Shown here: positions 41,324 through 52,549 of the stretch, one piece after another
How positions within the stretch are numbered: position 1 is the stretch's first letter
How the letters are laid out: every line of letters begins with the position of its first letter
Translations under genes and position numbers: made by a program
Notes under the pieces: model-generated
The model's database searches: none
Told to the model about the DNA's origin: nothing
Seen by the model: only the letters and a program-made list of their open reading frames with translations
Source of the DNA: Limnothrix sp. BL-A-16
GTDB lineage: Bacteria; Cyanobacteriota; Cyanobacteriia; CACIAM-69d
Reading direction: 5' to 3'
DNA length: 64,000 bases
Assembly: GCA_041937175.2 (NCBI GenBank)
Contig: CP166615.1
Location: forward strand, 2,464,001 to 2,528,000

Positions 41324-41743
41324 CTAGTGCTCAATTTTCACAGACAGAATCTTGTCATTGGCACGGATTGCATTCACCACATCCATGTCCTCCGTGCGAC
41401 CAAACACCGTATGCACACCGTCCAAGTGCGATTGGGGCGAATGGCAAATGAAGAATTGGCTGCCACCCGTGTCGCGACCGGCATGGGCCATCGACAGGCT
41501 TCCCGCCATGTGCTTGTTTGAATTAATTTCGCACTTGATCGTGTAGCCCGGGCCGCCGCGACCATCACCATTGGGACAGCCACCTTGGATCACAAAATTG
41601 GGGATTACGCGGTGGAAGGTCAGACCATCGTAAAAGCCCTTTTCCGACAGATCCACGAAGTTTTTCACCGTATTGGGAGCATCATTATCGAACAGCTCGA
41701 TATGAATCGTGCCCTTGGCGGTTTCCATAATGGCGCGCGTCAT
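41324..41743 (-). CDS. Cyclophilin-type peptidyl-prolyl isomerase
   Basis: [45 protein letters not shown]. Confidence 0.96.
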   Translation of the reverse strand: MTRAIMETAKGTIHIELFDNDAPNTVKNFVDLSEKGFYDGLTFHRVIPNFVIQGGCPNGDGRGGPGYTIKCEINSNKHMAGSLSMAHAGRDTGGSQFFICHSPQSHLDGVHTVFGRTEDMDVVNAIRANDKILSVKIEH

Positions 41744-42005
41744 GCGGTTGCCCCTTGTGTAGTCAGTTGAGATTGTTAGGTTGAATCCCTGGTGACGCGA
41801 TGCTGGAAATGGGCAATCACAACGAGGTAACCCACAGTCCGCAACTGTCGCCAAAGAATGCTGTCTGAGTTTACCGCTGCCGGGGAATTTCGATCCCCAT
41901 ACAAGGATTAATCTCTGCTTAATTCACCGTTATTTGACCGTTGATTAATCCTATGCATTCATGCCCGATCGCCCCGGGAATGAACACTGCATTCGCCCAG
42001 CTCGT

Positions 42006-42761
42006 TTAGGCATGGGTTTGGGATTTTTCTGCGGCCGCAGCGGCCGATCGCACCCAAGTTAACAGCTCCTGAGGATGCTGAAACAGCATATCCGGCTGGC
42101 TGTTGCGCAACGCTCGTTCAGAATTAAACCCCCAAGCCACGGAAAGACTGACCACGCCCGATCGGCGGGCCGCTTCCACATCCCTTGTTTCGTCGCCCAC
42201 ATAGGCAACGGCTTCGCGCTGAAGGCCGGCCTGTCGCCGCACCCGTGAGATGGCGCGATCTTTGCTGAACAGGCGCAAACTGGCATCAATCCAGGTGAAA
42301 TAGTGCCGCCAGCCCATCAGGGTGAGGAAGCGATCGACGGTCGATCGCTGGTTGGAAGTTACAATCCCCAGCCGATAGCCCGCCGATCGCAGTTCTCGCA
42401 ACACTTCCTCAATGCCCTGAATGGGCTGGAGGCGATGCAAATCGGCCTGGAGTTCCCGCTTCAGGCAATAGATCAGCCAAGGGCGCTGCCAAGTGGGCAC
42501 ATTGCTGTTTTGCAGCACCATGCGAGAGTCGCAGTCCCGCAGTCGGGCAATTCGTTCCGGGGTCAAGCGGGGATAGCCAAAGCGTCCCGAGAGGCGATCG
42601 AGAATTTCAACCACCGCCTGAAAGGAGTCTGCCAGCGTGCCATCAAAGTCGAACAAAATTAACCGCAAGTGCTGAGGATTAACCGATACAGCACTGGTGG
42701 GCAGGGACTGCGGCCCGCCGGCCGCTGCCGCCGTAGACGCAAGCACGTGATGGGCGTTCAA
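42006..42761 (-). CDS. HAD-superfamily hydrolase (phosphoglycolate phosphatase-like)
   Basis: [22 protein letters not shown]. Confidence 0.92.
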   Translation of the reverse strand: MNAHHVLASTAAAAGGPQSLPTSAVSVNPQHLRLILFDFDGTLADSFQAVVEILDRLSGRFGYPRLTPERIARLRDCDSRMVLQNSNVPTWQRPWLIYCLKRELQADLHRLQPIQGIEEVLRELRSAGYRLGIVTSNQRSTVDRFLTLMGWRHYFTWIDASLRLFSKDRAISRVRRQAGLQREAVAYVGDETRDVEAARRSGVVSLSVAWGFNSERALRNSQPDMLFQHPQELLTWVRSAAAAAEKSQTHA

Positions 42762-43963
42762 GGATGAGACTCAGAATCCAGTTGGGGATCAATGGAGGGA
42801 TCGATAGGGCGATCGGGAGGGGAATCAGCCGATCGGGGCGGAGACAACGATGAAGCTTGCAACGAAACATTCGGGTCTAATTTCAGACTAGCACGGGCAT
42901 TTCGTCGCCACATCGCAGGCTTAATGCGTCGTAAAGCGGATCCCCGAAAGGCTTGATCCCAAGCCTCATCGCTGAGTTGAGCAAGCTGATCCAAGCGCGG
43001 AGCCACCACCCCCGATCGGGGTCGAAAGTCTTCAATATCCGTCGGCTGGGCAAATCGTTGATTCCAGGGGCAAACATCCTGGCAAATGTCGCAGCCCGCA
43101 ACCCAACCCTGAAGGTTCTTGGCAATTTCCGAAGGCAGGGTCTCCGCGCGGTTCTCGATCGTGTGATAGGCAATGCAGCGGTTAGCATCCACCACAAACG
43201 GCTCGGGAATCGCCCCCGTAGGACAAGCATCCAGACAACGGGTGCAAGTGCCGCAATGGCTGGTATGCGGGCGATCGGGCAACAATTCCAGCGTGGTGAA
43301 CAGCTCCCCCAAAAACACCCAGGAGCCATACTGGCGCGTAATTAAATTGCCATTTTTGCCAATCCACCCCAAACCCGCTTCCTGAGCCCAGGCTTTATCT
43401 TGCACCGGGCTGCTGTCCACGGCCCAGCGGCTCTGTGCTCGGGGATCCAACGTCACTAACCACTGAGCCAGAGCCTTCAGGCGGGTTTCCAAAACTCGGT
43501 GGTAATCCCGTCCCCAGGCATAGCGGGCAATTTTGCCAAATTGGGGCTGGTCAAGTTGGGGCTGAGCTTGGGCAGGCTGAGATTGGGCAGGCTCGATCGC
43601 TGACTCAGCTTGGGAAAAGGATGGGTTCAAGGGCCGCTGTTCGAGGGGCCGCTGTTCAGGACTGTAGTAATTCAGGGCAACGCAGATGACCGATCGCGCC
43701 TCGGGCATGAATTCTCGCGCATCAAATCGCTTGGGAGCCGCCATCCATTTCATTTCGGCGGCAAACCCGCGATCGAGCCAGCGTTGGAGGGCTGATACGG
43801 CCGATGGTAAGGGTGGGTACTCTGAGCTTATAGCTGCTATTCCCACCTGATGAAACCCCAGGGCGAGAGCTTTCGTTTTCACTTGGTATGTGTTTCGGCG
43901 AGCGATCGCCACTGGGGAAGACCCGCCCACAGCAGGGTCATACTCCAATGCGGTTGTGTCCAT
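42758..43963 (-). CDS. queG: Epoxyqueuosine reductase
   Basis: [43 protein letters not shown]. Confidence 0.96.
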   Translation of the reverse strand: MDTTALEYDPAVGGSSPVAIARRNTYQVKTKALALGFHQVGIAAISSEYPPLPSAVSALQRWLDRGFAAEMKWMAAPKRFDAREFMPEARSVICVALNYYSPEQRPLEQRPLNPSFSQAESAIEPAQSQPAQAQPQLDQPQFGKIARYAWGRDYHRVLETRLKALAQWLVTLDPRAQSRWAVDSSPVQDKAWAQEAGLGWIGKNGNLITRQYGSWVFLGELFTTLELLPDRPHTSHCGTCTRCLDACPTGAIPEPFVVDANRCIAYHTIENRAETLPSEIAKNLQGWVAGCDICQDVCPWNQRFAQPTDIEDFRPRSGVVAPRLDQLAQLSDEAWDQAFRGSALRRIKPAMWRRNARASLKLDPNVSLQASSLSPPRSADSPPDRPIDPSIDPQLDSESHP

Positions 43964-44156
43964 CGCGATTGGCTCACAAGACACGGCAGAGTAGTTGAGA
44001 GCCGGTCATGAACGATTGGTGCAAAAGACTGCGAAGGATCGTCATGGAGGGCGGTGCGGTGACTGCAGACGAGATGTGTTTGGTTACTCGGGTTGCGGAT
44101 GCTAAAGCGAATCAGCGCCCCAGCGTCCTTAGACTTGAACTAGCCAAGCACCTCGT

Positions 44157-45068
44157 TTAGTCATCTTCGAGGATTCGTTCCAATTGCCACAGAATTTGGT
44201 TGCCCTCACGTCGCACGCGAGTCACAATCCAGTTCCGCCAGACCCAGTTTTCACCCCGACTGGTCACGGCACTGGCGTTAACATCCATCAGATCAGCCAA
44301 TTCTGAGCTGGCAATCAGATATCCTCGATCGGCGACCTCATCGGCAATGCGTAGGGTTTCGATCAAGTTGCGCAATTGACCCACACGCACGTCGCGCAGA
44401 TCGGCATCCGTTGGCGCGATCGCCAGTTGATCCAAAACAGGTTCAGACATGGTTTCAGGTATAGCTGCTATCGAGACTGTAGTTGTGTCTGAAGCATCGA
44501 GATGAGATTTGCTCGCAGGCTCCGATTCCGGAAACTCCGAGCGATCGAAAATCTCTAGCTTCAATTGATCTAATTTAGGCGATCGGCCGGCCGCAAAAAC
44601 GCGGGCAATTTCATCACATCGTTCATTTCCCGCCTCGCCCGAGTGGCCGCGCACGTATTCCCAGCGCACAGCGGGATTGTTCAAAGCATCCAGACGCTCC
44701 CAAAGATCTCGATTGAGCACCGGTTGCCCGCTGGCAGTTTTCCAGCCTTTTCGTCGCCAATTTCGCACCCACTCTGTAATCCCTTTAATAACGTACTGAC
44801 TATCCGTTAGTAAAGTAATTGACTCGCCTTGGCCGTATTGATGCCAGAATTGCAGCGCTTCAATGGCGGCTTGCATCTCCATTCGATTATTAGTTGTGTT
44901 GGAAGTACCTCCACCCATTTCATGACAAGAGCTGTTTGAAAATCGCACTAAAACACCCCAACCGCCGGGCCCTGGATTACCGGAGCAAGCCCCGTCAGTG
45001 TAGATACGCGAAATTTGATGTGAGTCGATCGACAATGGGGGCATGGAGGCGATGGGAGAGGGTGTCAT
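44157..45068 (-). CDS. rnhA: Ribonuclease HI with C-terminal extension
   Basis: YTDGACSGNPGPGGWG, TTNNRME, TDSQY, GHSG..GNERCD, plus about 140 extra aa. Confidence 0.95.
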   Translation of the reverse strand: MTPSPIASMPPLSIDSHQISRIYTDGACSGNPGPGGWGVLVRFSNSSCHEMGGGTSNTTNNRMEMQAAIEALQFWHQYGQGESITLLTDSQYVIKGITEWVRNWRRKGWKTASGQPVLNRDLWERLDALNNPAVRWEYVRGHSGEAGNERCDEIARVFAAGRSPKLDQLKLEIFDRSEFPESEPASKSHLDASDTTTVSIAAIPETMSEPVLDQLAIAPTDADLRDVRVGQLRNLIETLRIADEVADRGYLIASSELADLMDVNASAVTSRGENWVWRNWIVTRVRREGNQILWQLERILEDD

Positions 45069-45629
45069 TGTTAGTGGCGGGGCCGTTGGCAATCAATTGT
45101 TATATTTTTATGACTTTGCTGGCTGGAAACCCTAATAGCTCTGGGTTTTTCTCAATATCCCTACTAGGCCTTGCTCAACCTTGCTGAGTCTAAAGCACTC
45201 AATCTGGTCAAGTTCTTGAGTGGGTGTTGATGGATCCCGGTCGATCGAGCAGCAGCGGGGGGACTCTAGGATGCACGTTTTCAAAGTGCATGTTTTCAAA
45301 GTGAACATTTTGCCATGCACGTTTTGCCAAAAGCCTTTTGATCACCCGATCGGCCTTTGGCTCTCAACCTGTTCAAGATTTAGAGGCAAGTGGGAAACAA
45401 TCGCTCATGCCCAGCCCGACAACCACAACATTCAGCATCAGCAGACCGCTTGGTCTTTCACTCTGTTGCCGTTCATTCTTGGTTGTTAGACTGCGATCGA
45501 GCGTTGACCCTATTGCCCGATCAGGGCTATTGCCCTACTCATATTCTAGTCGTTGAAGAGACAACAGGGATCGAAAGGTAACACTCAAGATTGAAGAATC
45601 TATGAGAGTCACTTTTGATTTTTTAGTAA

Positions 45630-45702
45630 TGCCAGGAGGCGGACTTGAACCGCCGACACGAGGATTTTCAGTCCTCTGCTCTACCGGCTGAGCTATCCCG
45701 GC
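45630..45702 (-). tRNA. trnF: tRNA-Phe (GAA)
   Basis: GCCGGGATAGCTCAGCCGGTAGAGCAGAGGACTGAAAATCCTCGTGTCGGCGGTTCAAGTCCGCCTCCTGGCA folds as a cloverleaf. Confidence 0.98.
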
Positions 45703-45809
45703 TAGGATTTTCAGGCGCTGCTGTTTTCAGCGCCTAAATAAATTAGCAAACTTGATCAGGATTGGCAAGGGATTCGCTAATTTTTTTGGAAGAACCGGCT
45801 TTCTAACGC

Positions 45810-46268
45810 CTATTGGATCGGTTGTAGGCGGGTGACCTTGAGCTTGAAGGGGCCGCCAACGGCTTTGCCAAAGGTTTGAACCCGCACCACATACTCGCCT
45901 GTGTTCTGAATGCTGGTGAAAATCAGGGAGTTCGTGCCGCTGTCGGGGCCGTCGTCATTCTCGGCAATGCTGGAACCGTCATCGGCAATGAGCATCAGGA
46001 CAGTATCGAAGCTGTCGGAGCTGGCGGTGATTTCAACTCGATCGCCTGCCGTGAGCGAGATTTTATAGTCCCGGGCAAATCCCCCTTGGCCGGTGGGAAT
46101 GTCCTTGGTCGATAGGGTGTCGTTCAACTCGCTGCTGCTGGAAATCGTGCCCGGTTGATAGGTCGGGCTGGCTTGGGCGATCGCCCCGCCACTGCCGGCC
46201 GTGACCAGGGCGATCGCGCCCATCATTCCCACTACACCACGCCGCTGCAAAAAAGACCAAAAAAGCAT
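45810..46268 (-). CDS. Secreted PPC (pre-peptidase C-terminal) domain protein
   Basis: Signal peptide; FDTVLML..DG..IAENDD..GTNS.I...GEY.VRV. Confidence 0.85.
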   Translation of the reverse strand: MLFWSFLQRRGVVGMMGAIALVTAGSGGAIAQASPTYQPGTISSSSELNDTLSTKDIPTGQGGFARDYKISLTAGDRVEITASSDSFDTVLMLIADDGSSIAENDDGPDSGTNSLIFTSIQNTGEYVVRVQTFGKAVGGPFKLKVTRLQPIQ

Positions 46269-46629
46269 GAAATCACCGTCCCAAGGGCATTGCTCCGATT
46301 ATAGCCAGTCCGATTGAAAATCCCAGTTCCGGAGCCAACCCGATCGCCCTGAATCTCCGGATTAAGCCGAGCGATCGCCCGGCTCCGAAACTCTGGCTAG
46401 TTTAATTACGTCACCGATCTAGCGATAGCCAGACCCCTGCTCCGGAAAATCAGCCCAAACAGTCCCAACGGTTTCTGAACGGCCGAAAATCTTGGAGAGG
46501 TTGCCAAAACCTTGCCCAAACGTTCCCGATTCGGAACCCTTGGCGGTTGAATTTTTGATTGGCTGAAAACCCAGGGACTGGACTTGCCTGATATTTTGGT
46601 TCTGAAGCAACCCAACCGATTTTGCGAAT

Positions 46630-47940
46630 ATGGCTCCTGCGGCTCGTTTAAATGGTTCCGCCACCGTAATCATGCTGGTGAACGGTCAGTCCGTCGAAAT
46701 GGCGATCGACGGGGCCAATGCCCCCGTCACGGCCGGCAATTTTGTGGACTTGGTGGAGCGGGGATTTTATGACGGTATTTCGTTTCACCGCGTGGTGCGA
46801 TCGCCCGATCCCTTTGTGGTGCAAGCGGGAGACCCGGCGAGTAAAGATCCCAACGTGCCGCTCAGCAGCTTGGGAACGGGCGGGTTCATTGACCCAGACA
46901 CCAACCAAACCCGCAGCATTCCCCTCGAAATTAAAGTTCAGGGCGCAGCGGAACCGATCTATAGCCAAACCACCACTCAACCAGTCGCCTTGCCCCACAA
47001 GCAAGGAACCCTGGCCATGGCCCGGGCCCAATCGCCCGATTCCGGCTCGTCGCAGTTCTACATTGCCCTGAAGGAATTGCCGTTTTTGGATGGTAACTAC
47101 GCCACCTTTGGCCAGGTGACCCAAGGGTTTTCGGCGGTGGATGCGATCCAAGCGGGCGATCGCATCACGGCGGCCAAGGTGGTGGATGGAGTTTTGCCGG
47201 GCCGTGCTTCAGTGGTGCTGACGGATGCGACCCGCTTGAACAATGCACACAATTTTCTGAACCGGGCTGACCTGCCGCGCCAGTTCACCTTCCTCACAGA
47301 AGCGGCAGAAACCGTGACCCTGACAGCGGTCCAAAGCCAAAGCACCCCCAGCGGCGTGCGGGGGTTGGGGGGCGATGACGTAATCACCGGCTCCAGCGCG
47401 GCGGATATTGTTTGGGGTGATGCGGGCAATGACTCGATCTTCGGGGGGGACGGAGATGATTATCTGCGCGGCATTGATGGCAATGACCTGATTAATGGTA
47501 ACGGGGGCAACGACTTCCTCAACGGCAATCAGGGCAACGATACGGTCAATGGCGGCGCGGGCGATGATTTTGTGCGCGGCGGCCAGGGCGATGATGTGCT
47601 GCTGGGGGGCGATGGCAACGATGTTCTCTGTGGTGACTTTGGGGCTGATACGTTGACCGGCGGCGCGGGGGCCGATACGTTCCTGCTGCGAACCGATACG
47701 GCGATCGGGATTCGGGCGGCGGCGGATTTGGTGGTGGATTTCAGTGCGGCTCAGGGCGATCGAATCGGCATTGTCGGTTCCGTGAGCTTGGAGCAACTGA
47801 CGCTGCAAAATCAGGGCGGATCCACGGTGCTGCAATTGCCCACGGGTCAGACCTTGGCCACCATCACCGGAACCACTCCCGATTTGGTGCGATCGGCTCT
47901 TGTGGCCGTCAGCGCCAGTGATGCGGTCATGCGTTTGTAG
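46630..47940 (+). CDS. Cyclophilin PPIase fused to RTX calcium-binding repeats
   Basis: [33 protein letters not shown]; multiple GGxGxD nonapeptides. Confidence 0.92.
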   Translation: MAPAARLNGSATVIMLVNGQSVEMAIDGANAPVTAGNFVDLVERGFYDGISFHRVVRSPDPFVVQAGDPASKDPNVPLSSLGTGGFIDPDTNQTRSIPLEIKVQGAAEPIYSQTTTQPVALPHKQGTLAMARAQSPDSGSSQFYIALKELPFLDGNYATFGQVTQGFSAVDAIQAGDRITAAKVVDGVLPGRASVVLTDATRLNNAHNFLNRADLPRQFTFLTEAAETVTLTAVQSQSTPSGVRGLGGDDVITGSSAADIVWGDAGNDSIFGGDGDDYLRGIDGNDLINGNGGNDFLNGNQGNDTVNGGAGDDFVRGGQGDDVLLGGDGNDVLCGDFGADTLTGGAGADTFLLRTDTAIGIRAAADLVVDFSAAQGDRIGIVGSVSLEQLTLQNQGGSTVLQLPTGQTLATITGTTPDLVRSALVAVSASDAVMRL

Positions 47941-47946
47941 ATTTCC

Positions 47947-48135
47947 TAGGGGGTGTCGTCATTGTTCGAGGTGATGCTGAAGTGGTTGATTTTCTGTCCC
48001 CCGTCGTTGTAACAAGGGGCTTAAGCCCCTTGTCCCTCACGATCTGACAACGGTGGAATCAGGGTTTCAGGCGATTTGACGACAGGCCCTAAGCCCCTTG
48101 CTCCCCACGATCCACAAACGGCAGATCTTGGGTTT
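47947..48135. mobile_element. Composite MITE-like element, inverted relative to the 3935 and 36131 copies
   Basis: GGGGTGTCGTCA end, palindrome at 48012-48033, arm matching the reverse complement of the 68 bp unit, then TGACGACAGGCCCTAAGCCCCTTG. Confidence 0.7.
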
Positions 48136-48355
48136 CGGGCTAAACGCCGATCGGCTTTGGCCCGGCTTCCCAGTCGGTTTCAGGTGTTGTTTCTCGGCTT
48201 GATTCTGCACAGTAGAGATGCAGCCCCAACTGAGCTATAACTAGCTATTAATCAGTCACTAATCAGTCACGAGTGACTGGTGCTTGGGCGATCGCCACGA
48301 CAGGCCAAGCCCAATCATGACATTCACCCTCATATTCGATCGGGAGGACAGGAAC

Positions 48356-48766
48356 GTGGGTTGGCGAGTCCGGGCCATTCGAGGAGCAACTACCGCAACC
48401 GAAAACACCATTGAAGCCATTCGGGAGGCGGTTCATGAACTACTCGATGCTTTGGAAACCCACAACCGTCTGGAGATGGATGAAGTGGTGAGCGTCACCT
48501 TTTCGGTGACCCGTGACCTGGATGCAGTGTTTCCCGCCAAGATTGCCCGCGAGCGGCCCAACTGGCAAAACGTGCCCCTGATGGATGTGCAGCAAATGCA
48601 TGTGGATGGCAGTTTGCCCCAATGCATTCGACTGCTCGTGCATTTCAACACCCCTGACCCGATCGCCCGAATTCATCATCCCTATCTCCGAGGAGCCAAG
48701 CACCTACGCCCCGATTGGGTTTCAGCCCAGGAAGTACGCCAGAAGGAACTGATCGTTAACTCCTAA
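48356..48766 (+). CDS. aroH: Chorismate mutase, AroH class
   Basis: VRAIRGATT, FSVTRDLDAVFPA, QQMHVDGSLPQCIR, YLRGAKHLRPD. Confidence 0.95.
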   Translation: MGWRVRAIRGATTATENTIEAIREAVHELLDALETHNRLEMDEVVSVTFSVTRDLDAVFPAKIARERPNWQNVPLMDVQQMHVDGSLPQCIRLLVHFNTPDPIARIHHPYLRGAKHLRPDWVSAQEVRQKELIVNS

Positions 48767-48810
48767 TTCTTTCAAGGGTTAAGCTAGCGGCAGTTTTGAG
48801 ACTGAGACCT

Positions 48811-50235
48811 GTGACTGCTGAGCGTGCTTCTGTTCCCGATCGGTTAACCTTCCCAGCCAAGCTGGCCTATGGGGCCGGCGACGCAGGCCCCGCCATCACC
48901 GCCAACCTGCTTGTCTTTTTGCAGTTGGCATTTTTAACGGATGTGGCCGGGTTGCCCGCCGGGTTAGCTGGCTCGGTGTTGATGGTCAGCAAAATTGGCG
49001 ATGCCATCAACGACCCGATCATCGGCGTAATGAGCGATCGCACTCGTTCCCGTTGGGGTCGTCGCTATTCCTGGATGCTCTGGGGGGCGATTCCCTTCGG
49101 CATTCTCTTTTTCTTGCAGTGGCTTGTGCCGCCGGGCAACACCTGGCTGCTCTATGGCTACTACGTGGTCTTGGGGCTGCTGTTCAATACTGCCTATACG
49201 GCGGTGAACTTACCCTACACAGCCCTCACTGCCGAGCTAACGGATGACTATGACGAACGCACCAGTCTCAACAGCTTCCGGTTTGCCTTCTCGATCGGGG
49301 GCAGTCTCCTATCGCTGATTTTGGGCAAGATCGTTGCCGATCAAATTTCCGACCCCGTTTGGCAATACATCTGGTTAGCCGCCATTTGCACCCTGCTTTC
49401 CGTGTTGCCCATTCTCTGGTGCGTTGTGGGCACGTTTCGGTATGGCATGGCCGCCGAGCGCCGCTGCGCCGAACGAAATGAAACCGCCCCCAGTTTGGGT
49501 CTGAAACAACAATTGGCGATCGTCTTTCAAAATCGCCCCTTCCTCTACGTCATTGGGATCTATCTCTGTTCCTGGCTGGCCGTGCAACTCACCGCCTCCA
49601 TCCTGCCCTACTTCGTTGTGAGCTACATGGGGCTACAGCAGGCAGACTTCTTCATGGTGGCGATCGGGGTGCAGCTCACCGCCTTTGCCATGTTGTTTGT
49701 GTGGAGTGCCCTCAGCCGCCGTTGGGGCAAACGGGGGGTCTACTTCGCAGGCATGAGCCTTTGGATCATTGCCCAAGCGGGTTTGTTGTTGCTGCAACCG
49801 GGGCAAACCGGCTTGCTGTACCTGTTGGCGGTGATGGCGGGCGTTGGGGTCTCCACGGCTTATCTCGTTCCTTGGTCGATGCTGCCGGATGTGATTGAAC
49901 TAGACGAGCTAACCACCGGGCAACGCCGGGAAGGTGTGTTCTATGCCTTCATGGTCTTTTTGCAAAAGTTGGGGTTAGCTCTGGCCCTGTGGCTGGTGGG
50001 TATTGCGCTGGAAGTGGCTGGCTATCTGCCCACAGCCGCCGGAGGCACGCCGGCCAACCAACCGGCCTCAGCCCTGTTGGCCATTCGGCTGGCGATCGGC
50101 CCTTTGCCTACCGCAGCCCTGATTGGCGGCTTGGTTTTGGCTTATTTCTACCCCATTACCCGTGACATCCACGCGGAAATTTTGCTGAAGCTGGCAGAGC
50201 GCAAACGGGCCAATCAACAGGCCAGTCAGGACTAG
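48811..50235 (+). CDS. MFS transporter, GPH (MelB-like) family
   Basis: KLAYGAGD, DAINDPIIGVMSDRTRSRWGRR, ELTDDYDERT, GQRREG. Confidence 0.93.
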   Translation: MTAERASVPDRLTFPAKLAYGAGDAGPAITANLLVFLQLAFLTDVAGLPAGLAGSVLMVSKIGDAINDPIIGVMSDRTRSRWGRRYSWMLWGAIPFGILFFLQWLVPPGNTWLLYGYYVVLGLLFNTAYTAVNLPYTALTAELTDDYDERTSLNSFRFAFSIGGSLLSLILGKIVADQISDPVWQYIWLAAICTLLSVLPILWCVVGTFRYGMAAERRCAERNETAPSLGLKQQLAIVFQNRPFLYVIGIYLCSWLAVQLTASILPYFVVSYMGLQQADFFMVAIGVQLTAFAMLFVWSALSRRWGKRGVYFAGMSLWIIAQAGLLLLQPGQTGLLYLLAVMAGVGVSTAYLVPWSMLPDVIELDELTTGQRREGVFYAFMVFLQKLGLALALWLVGIALEVAGYLPTAAGGTPANQPASALLAIRLAIGPLPTAALIGGLVLAYFYPITRDIHAEILLKLAERKRANQQASQD

Positions 50236-50382
50236 GAAAGCGCTAGGCCAGGATCCATCCTCACGGGGCGATCGCCCCGTTCCTCTGCCTTGCGAACTCG
50301 GTTCAAAAAAATTCAAAAAAATTCAGAAAACCCCTTGACCCTTCTCGGAAGTTGTTGTTACTATACTCAAGCCTTCGGGCAA

Positions 50383-50454
50383 TGGGGCGTCGCCAAGCGG
50401 TAAGGCAGCGGGTTTTGGTCCCGCCATTCCTAGGTTCGAATCCTAGCGCCCCAG
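50383..50454 (+). tRNA. trnQ: tRNA-Gln (TTG)
   Basis: TGGGGCGTCGCCAAGCGGTAAGGCAGCGGGTTTTGGTCCCGCCATTCCTAGGTTCGAATCCTAGCGCCCCAG; upstream TTGACC/TATACT promoter. Confidence 0.98.
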
Positions 50455-50860
50455 TTAAAACGCTAGTTACAGAAAATTAGTTACAGAAAGCCTGTTGATT
50501 GCGCTTCAACCAAGCTGGTCAATAAAAAACCGAAACATAAAATCAAGAGTAATTAAGATCAAGAACAGTATCTTGGTAATTCACACGGGCCCACACCCAG
50601 ACAGAGCTTAGGAACCCATCTAGGAATTGAGATATCAATCACTGAGGCGCGATCGAGACCCGATCGAGGCATGATTGAGAGATCAATTTGGCAACTCAAT
50701 TTTGCAACCCAATTTGGCAACCGAGTTTAGAAACCCAATTTAGAAACCGAATCGGGAACTCAATTGGCAAGCTCCCCTTGTGAACTCAAGCGCGGGAAAA
50801 GCAAGTCATCGGTGGTCAATTTTGCACAATCCATCAACCCTATTGACGAGGACAACTGAG

Positions 50861-51298
50861 GTGGCAACCTGGCAATGTATCAAAGGCTGTGGAGCCTGCT
50901 GTCATCTCGATCCCAACGAACGCCCCGACCTGGAAAGCTATTTAGAACCCGAGGATTTATTGCTCTATCTGAGCATGGTGGGGCCCGATGGTTGGTGCAT
51001 GAATTATGACCAATTGAACCGAGAATGCACGATCTATGACGATCGCCCCTGGTTCTGTCGGGTACAAGTCGAAACCTTTCAGCGGATGTTCGAGATTGAG
51101 CCAGCGGAATTGAACGACTTTGCGATCGAGTGCTGCCGCGATCAAATCAGCGGAGTTTATGGCGATCTGAGCTTGGAAATGCATCGGTTCGATCGCGCCG
51201 TAGGCCTCACCCTCAGCACCAACACCCCAGCAACCCCCGATCCGTTGGCGTTGGATCCGTCTGGATTGGATCAATCGGCATTTGAGCAGCAGAATTGA
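50861..51298 (+). CDS. YkgJ family cysteine-cluster (CxxCxxCC-like) protein
   Basis: WQCIKGCGACC, WC, CTIYDDRPWFCR. Confidence 0.9.
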   Translation: MATWQCIKGCGACCHLDPNERPDLESYLEPEDLLLYLSMVGPDGWCMNYDQLNRECTIYDDRPWFCRVQVETFQRMFEIEPAELNDFAIECCRDQISGVYGDLSLEMHRFDRAVGLTLSTNTPATPDPLALDPSGLDQSAFEQQN

Positions 51299-51421
51299 CT
51301 CAACGGAATACTCAATGCCCCAAACAATGCAACAAAATGCGCAATGTAGTGAGATCCCAATCGCGCAGAGGGCTGCATTCGGATTAAATTGAGGATTGGC
51401 TCTTTCAGTTTCCTGAGTTCC

Positions 51422-51694
51422 ATGTCTGACCCTAACGCTTTACCCGACTGGATTCGCCAAATCGTGCAGGATCAACCCCTCAGCAACGAGCAGGCGACTT
51501 GTTTGCATTGGATTGGCGATGCTTACCAACTGCTGATGCAGCTCAATAGCTTTAGCTTGAGTGAGTATTCTGAGCAGGTGCAGCATCTCGATCGGGTAGC
51601 GGAAATGGCTCGGGCAGGAAGTCGGCTAGCTCAACATGCACCGGAAGTGGTGGAAGCCTTGGTTCAACAGCAGCCGGTGGGCCGCTCCTCCTGA
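51422..51694 (+). CDS. Hypothetical protein
   Basis: 90 aa ORF; its stop codon overlaps the pilD start (TGATG). Confidence 0.6.
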   Translation: MSDPNALPDWIRQIVQDQPLSNEQATCLHWIGDAYQLLMQLNSFSLSEYSEQVQHLDRVAEMARAGSRLAQHAPEVVEALVQQQPVGRSS

Positions 51695-52542
51695 TGTTCA
51701 CCCCCGAACAATTGGCGCTGGTGGTGGTGGCGATCGCCCTGGGGGTTTCCGTCGGAAGCTTCTTGAATGTGGTGGTTTATCGCCTCCCCGCCGGGTTATC
51801 GCTGCTGCACCCGCCCTCCCGCTGCCCCAAATGTTTGCACCGGCTGGCTCCCCACGACAATGTGCCGGTTTTGGGCTGGCTGTGGTTGCGGGGTCGTTGT
51901 CGCTATTGCGCAGCCCCGATCGCCCTGCGCTATCCCTTGGTGGAAGCCAGCACAGGCCTGTTGTTTGCCGCGATCGCCCTGCGAGTTAGCACCACCGAAC
52001 CGGAAGCGGTGTTCAGTCCCTGGGGTCTGAGCATGATTTTGGGGGGATGGATCTTCGTGAGCTGGCTGTTAGCCCTGGCGCTCATTGACTGGGACACCCT
52101 CACCCTGCCCAACTCGCTCACCCAATCGGGCCTGCTGTTGGGATTGGGATTCAGAACCGCCTTCGGAGCGATTGAAACGGGCCAGGGCAGCGGCGCGGCG
52201 GCCGGATTGCTGAATGCCCTGTTGGCCATGGCGCTTGGTTTGTGGTTGTTTCAGGCGATCGCCACCCTGGGCAGCTTGATTTGGGGACGCACGGCCATGG
52301 GGGCCGGAGATGTGAAGCTGGCGGCCATGCTGGGAGCTTGGTTGGGTTGGAAATTGCTGTTGCTGGCGAGTTTTTTGGCCTGCGCGATCGGGGCAGTAGC
52401 CGGCTTGGGCGCAATTGGCCTGGGTTGGCTACGGCGCGATCGGGTCTTGCCCTTCGGCCCATTTTTGGCCCTGGGTAGCCTGATCGCCCTCCTCTCGGGC
52501 CCGGAAATCATCACAGCCTACTGGCAATTTTGGATGCGCTAG
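51694..52542 (+). CDS. pilD: Prepilin peptidase / N-methyltransferase
   Basis: GSFLNVVVYRLP, SRCPKC, GRCRYC, ID, MGAGDVKL, PFGPFL. Confidence 0.96.
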   Translation: MFTPEQLALVVVAIALGVSVGSFLNVVVYRLPAGLSLLHPPSRCPKCLHRLAPHDNVPVLGWLWLRGRCRYCAAPIALRYPLVEASTGLLFAAIALRVSTTEPEAVFSPWGLSMILGGWIFVSWLLALALIDWDTLTLPNSLTQSGLLLGLGFRTAFGAIETGQGSGAAAGLLNALLAMALGLWLFQAIATLGSLIWGRTAMGAGDVKLAAMLGAWLGWKLLLLASFLACAIGAVAGLGAIGLGWLRRDRVLPFGPFLALGSLIALLSGPEIITAYWQFWMR

Positions 52543-52549
52543 GCCGCAG

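Noticed and set aside
45630..50454. Genomic island between tRNA-Phe and tRNA-Gln
   Set aside because: No integrase, no duplicated tRNA 3' end, and normal HIP1 density with housekeeping genes.
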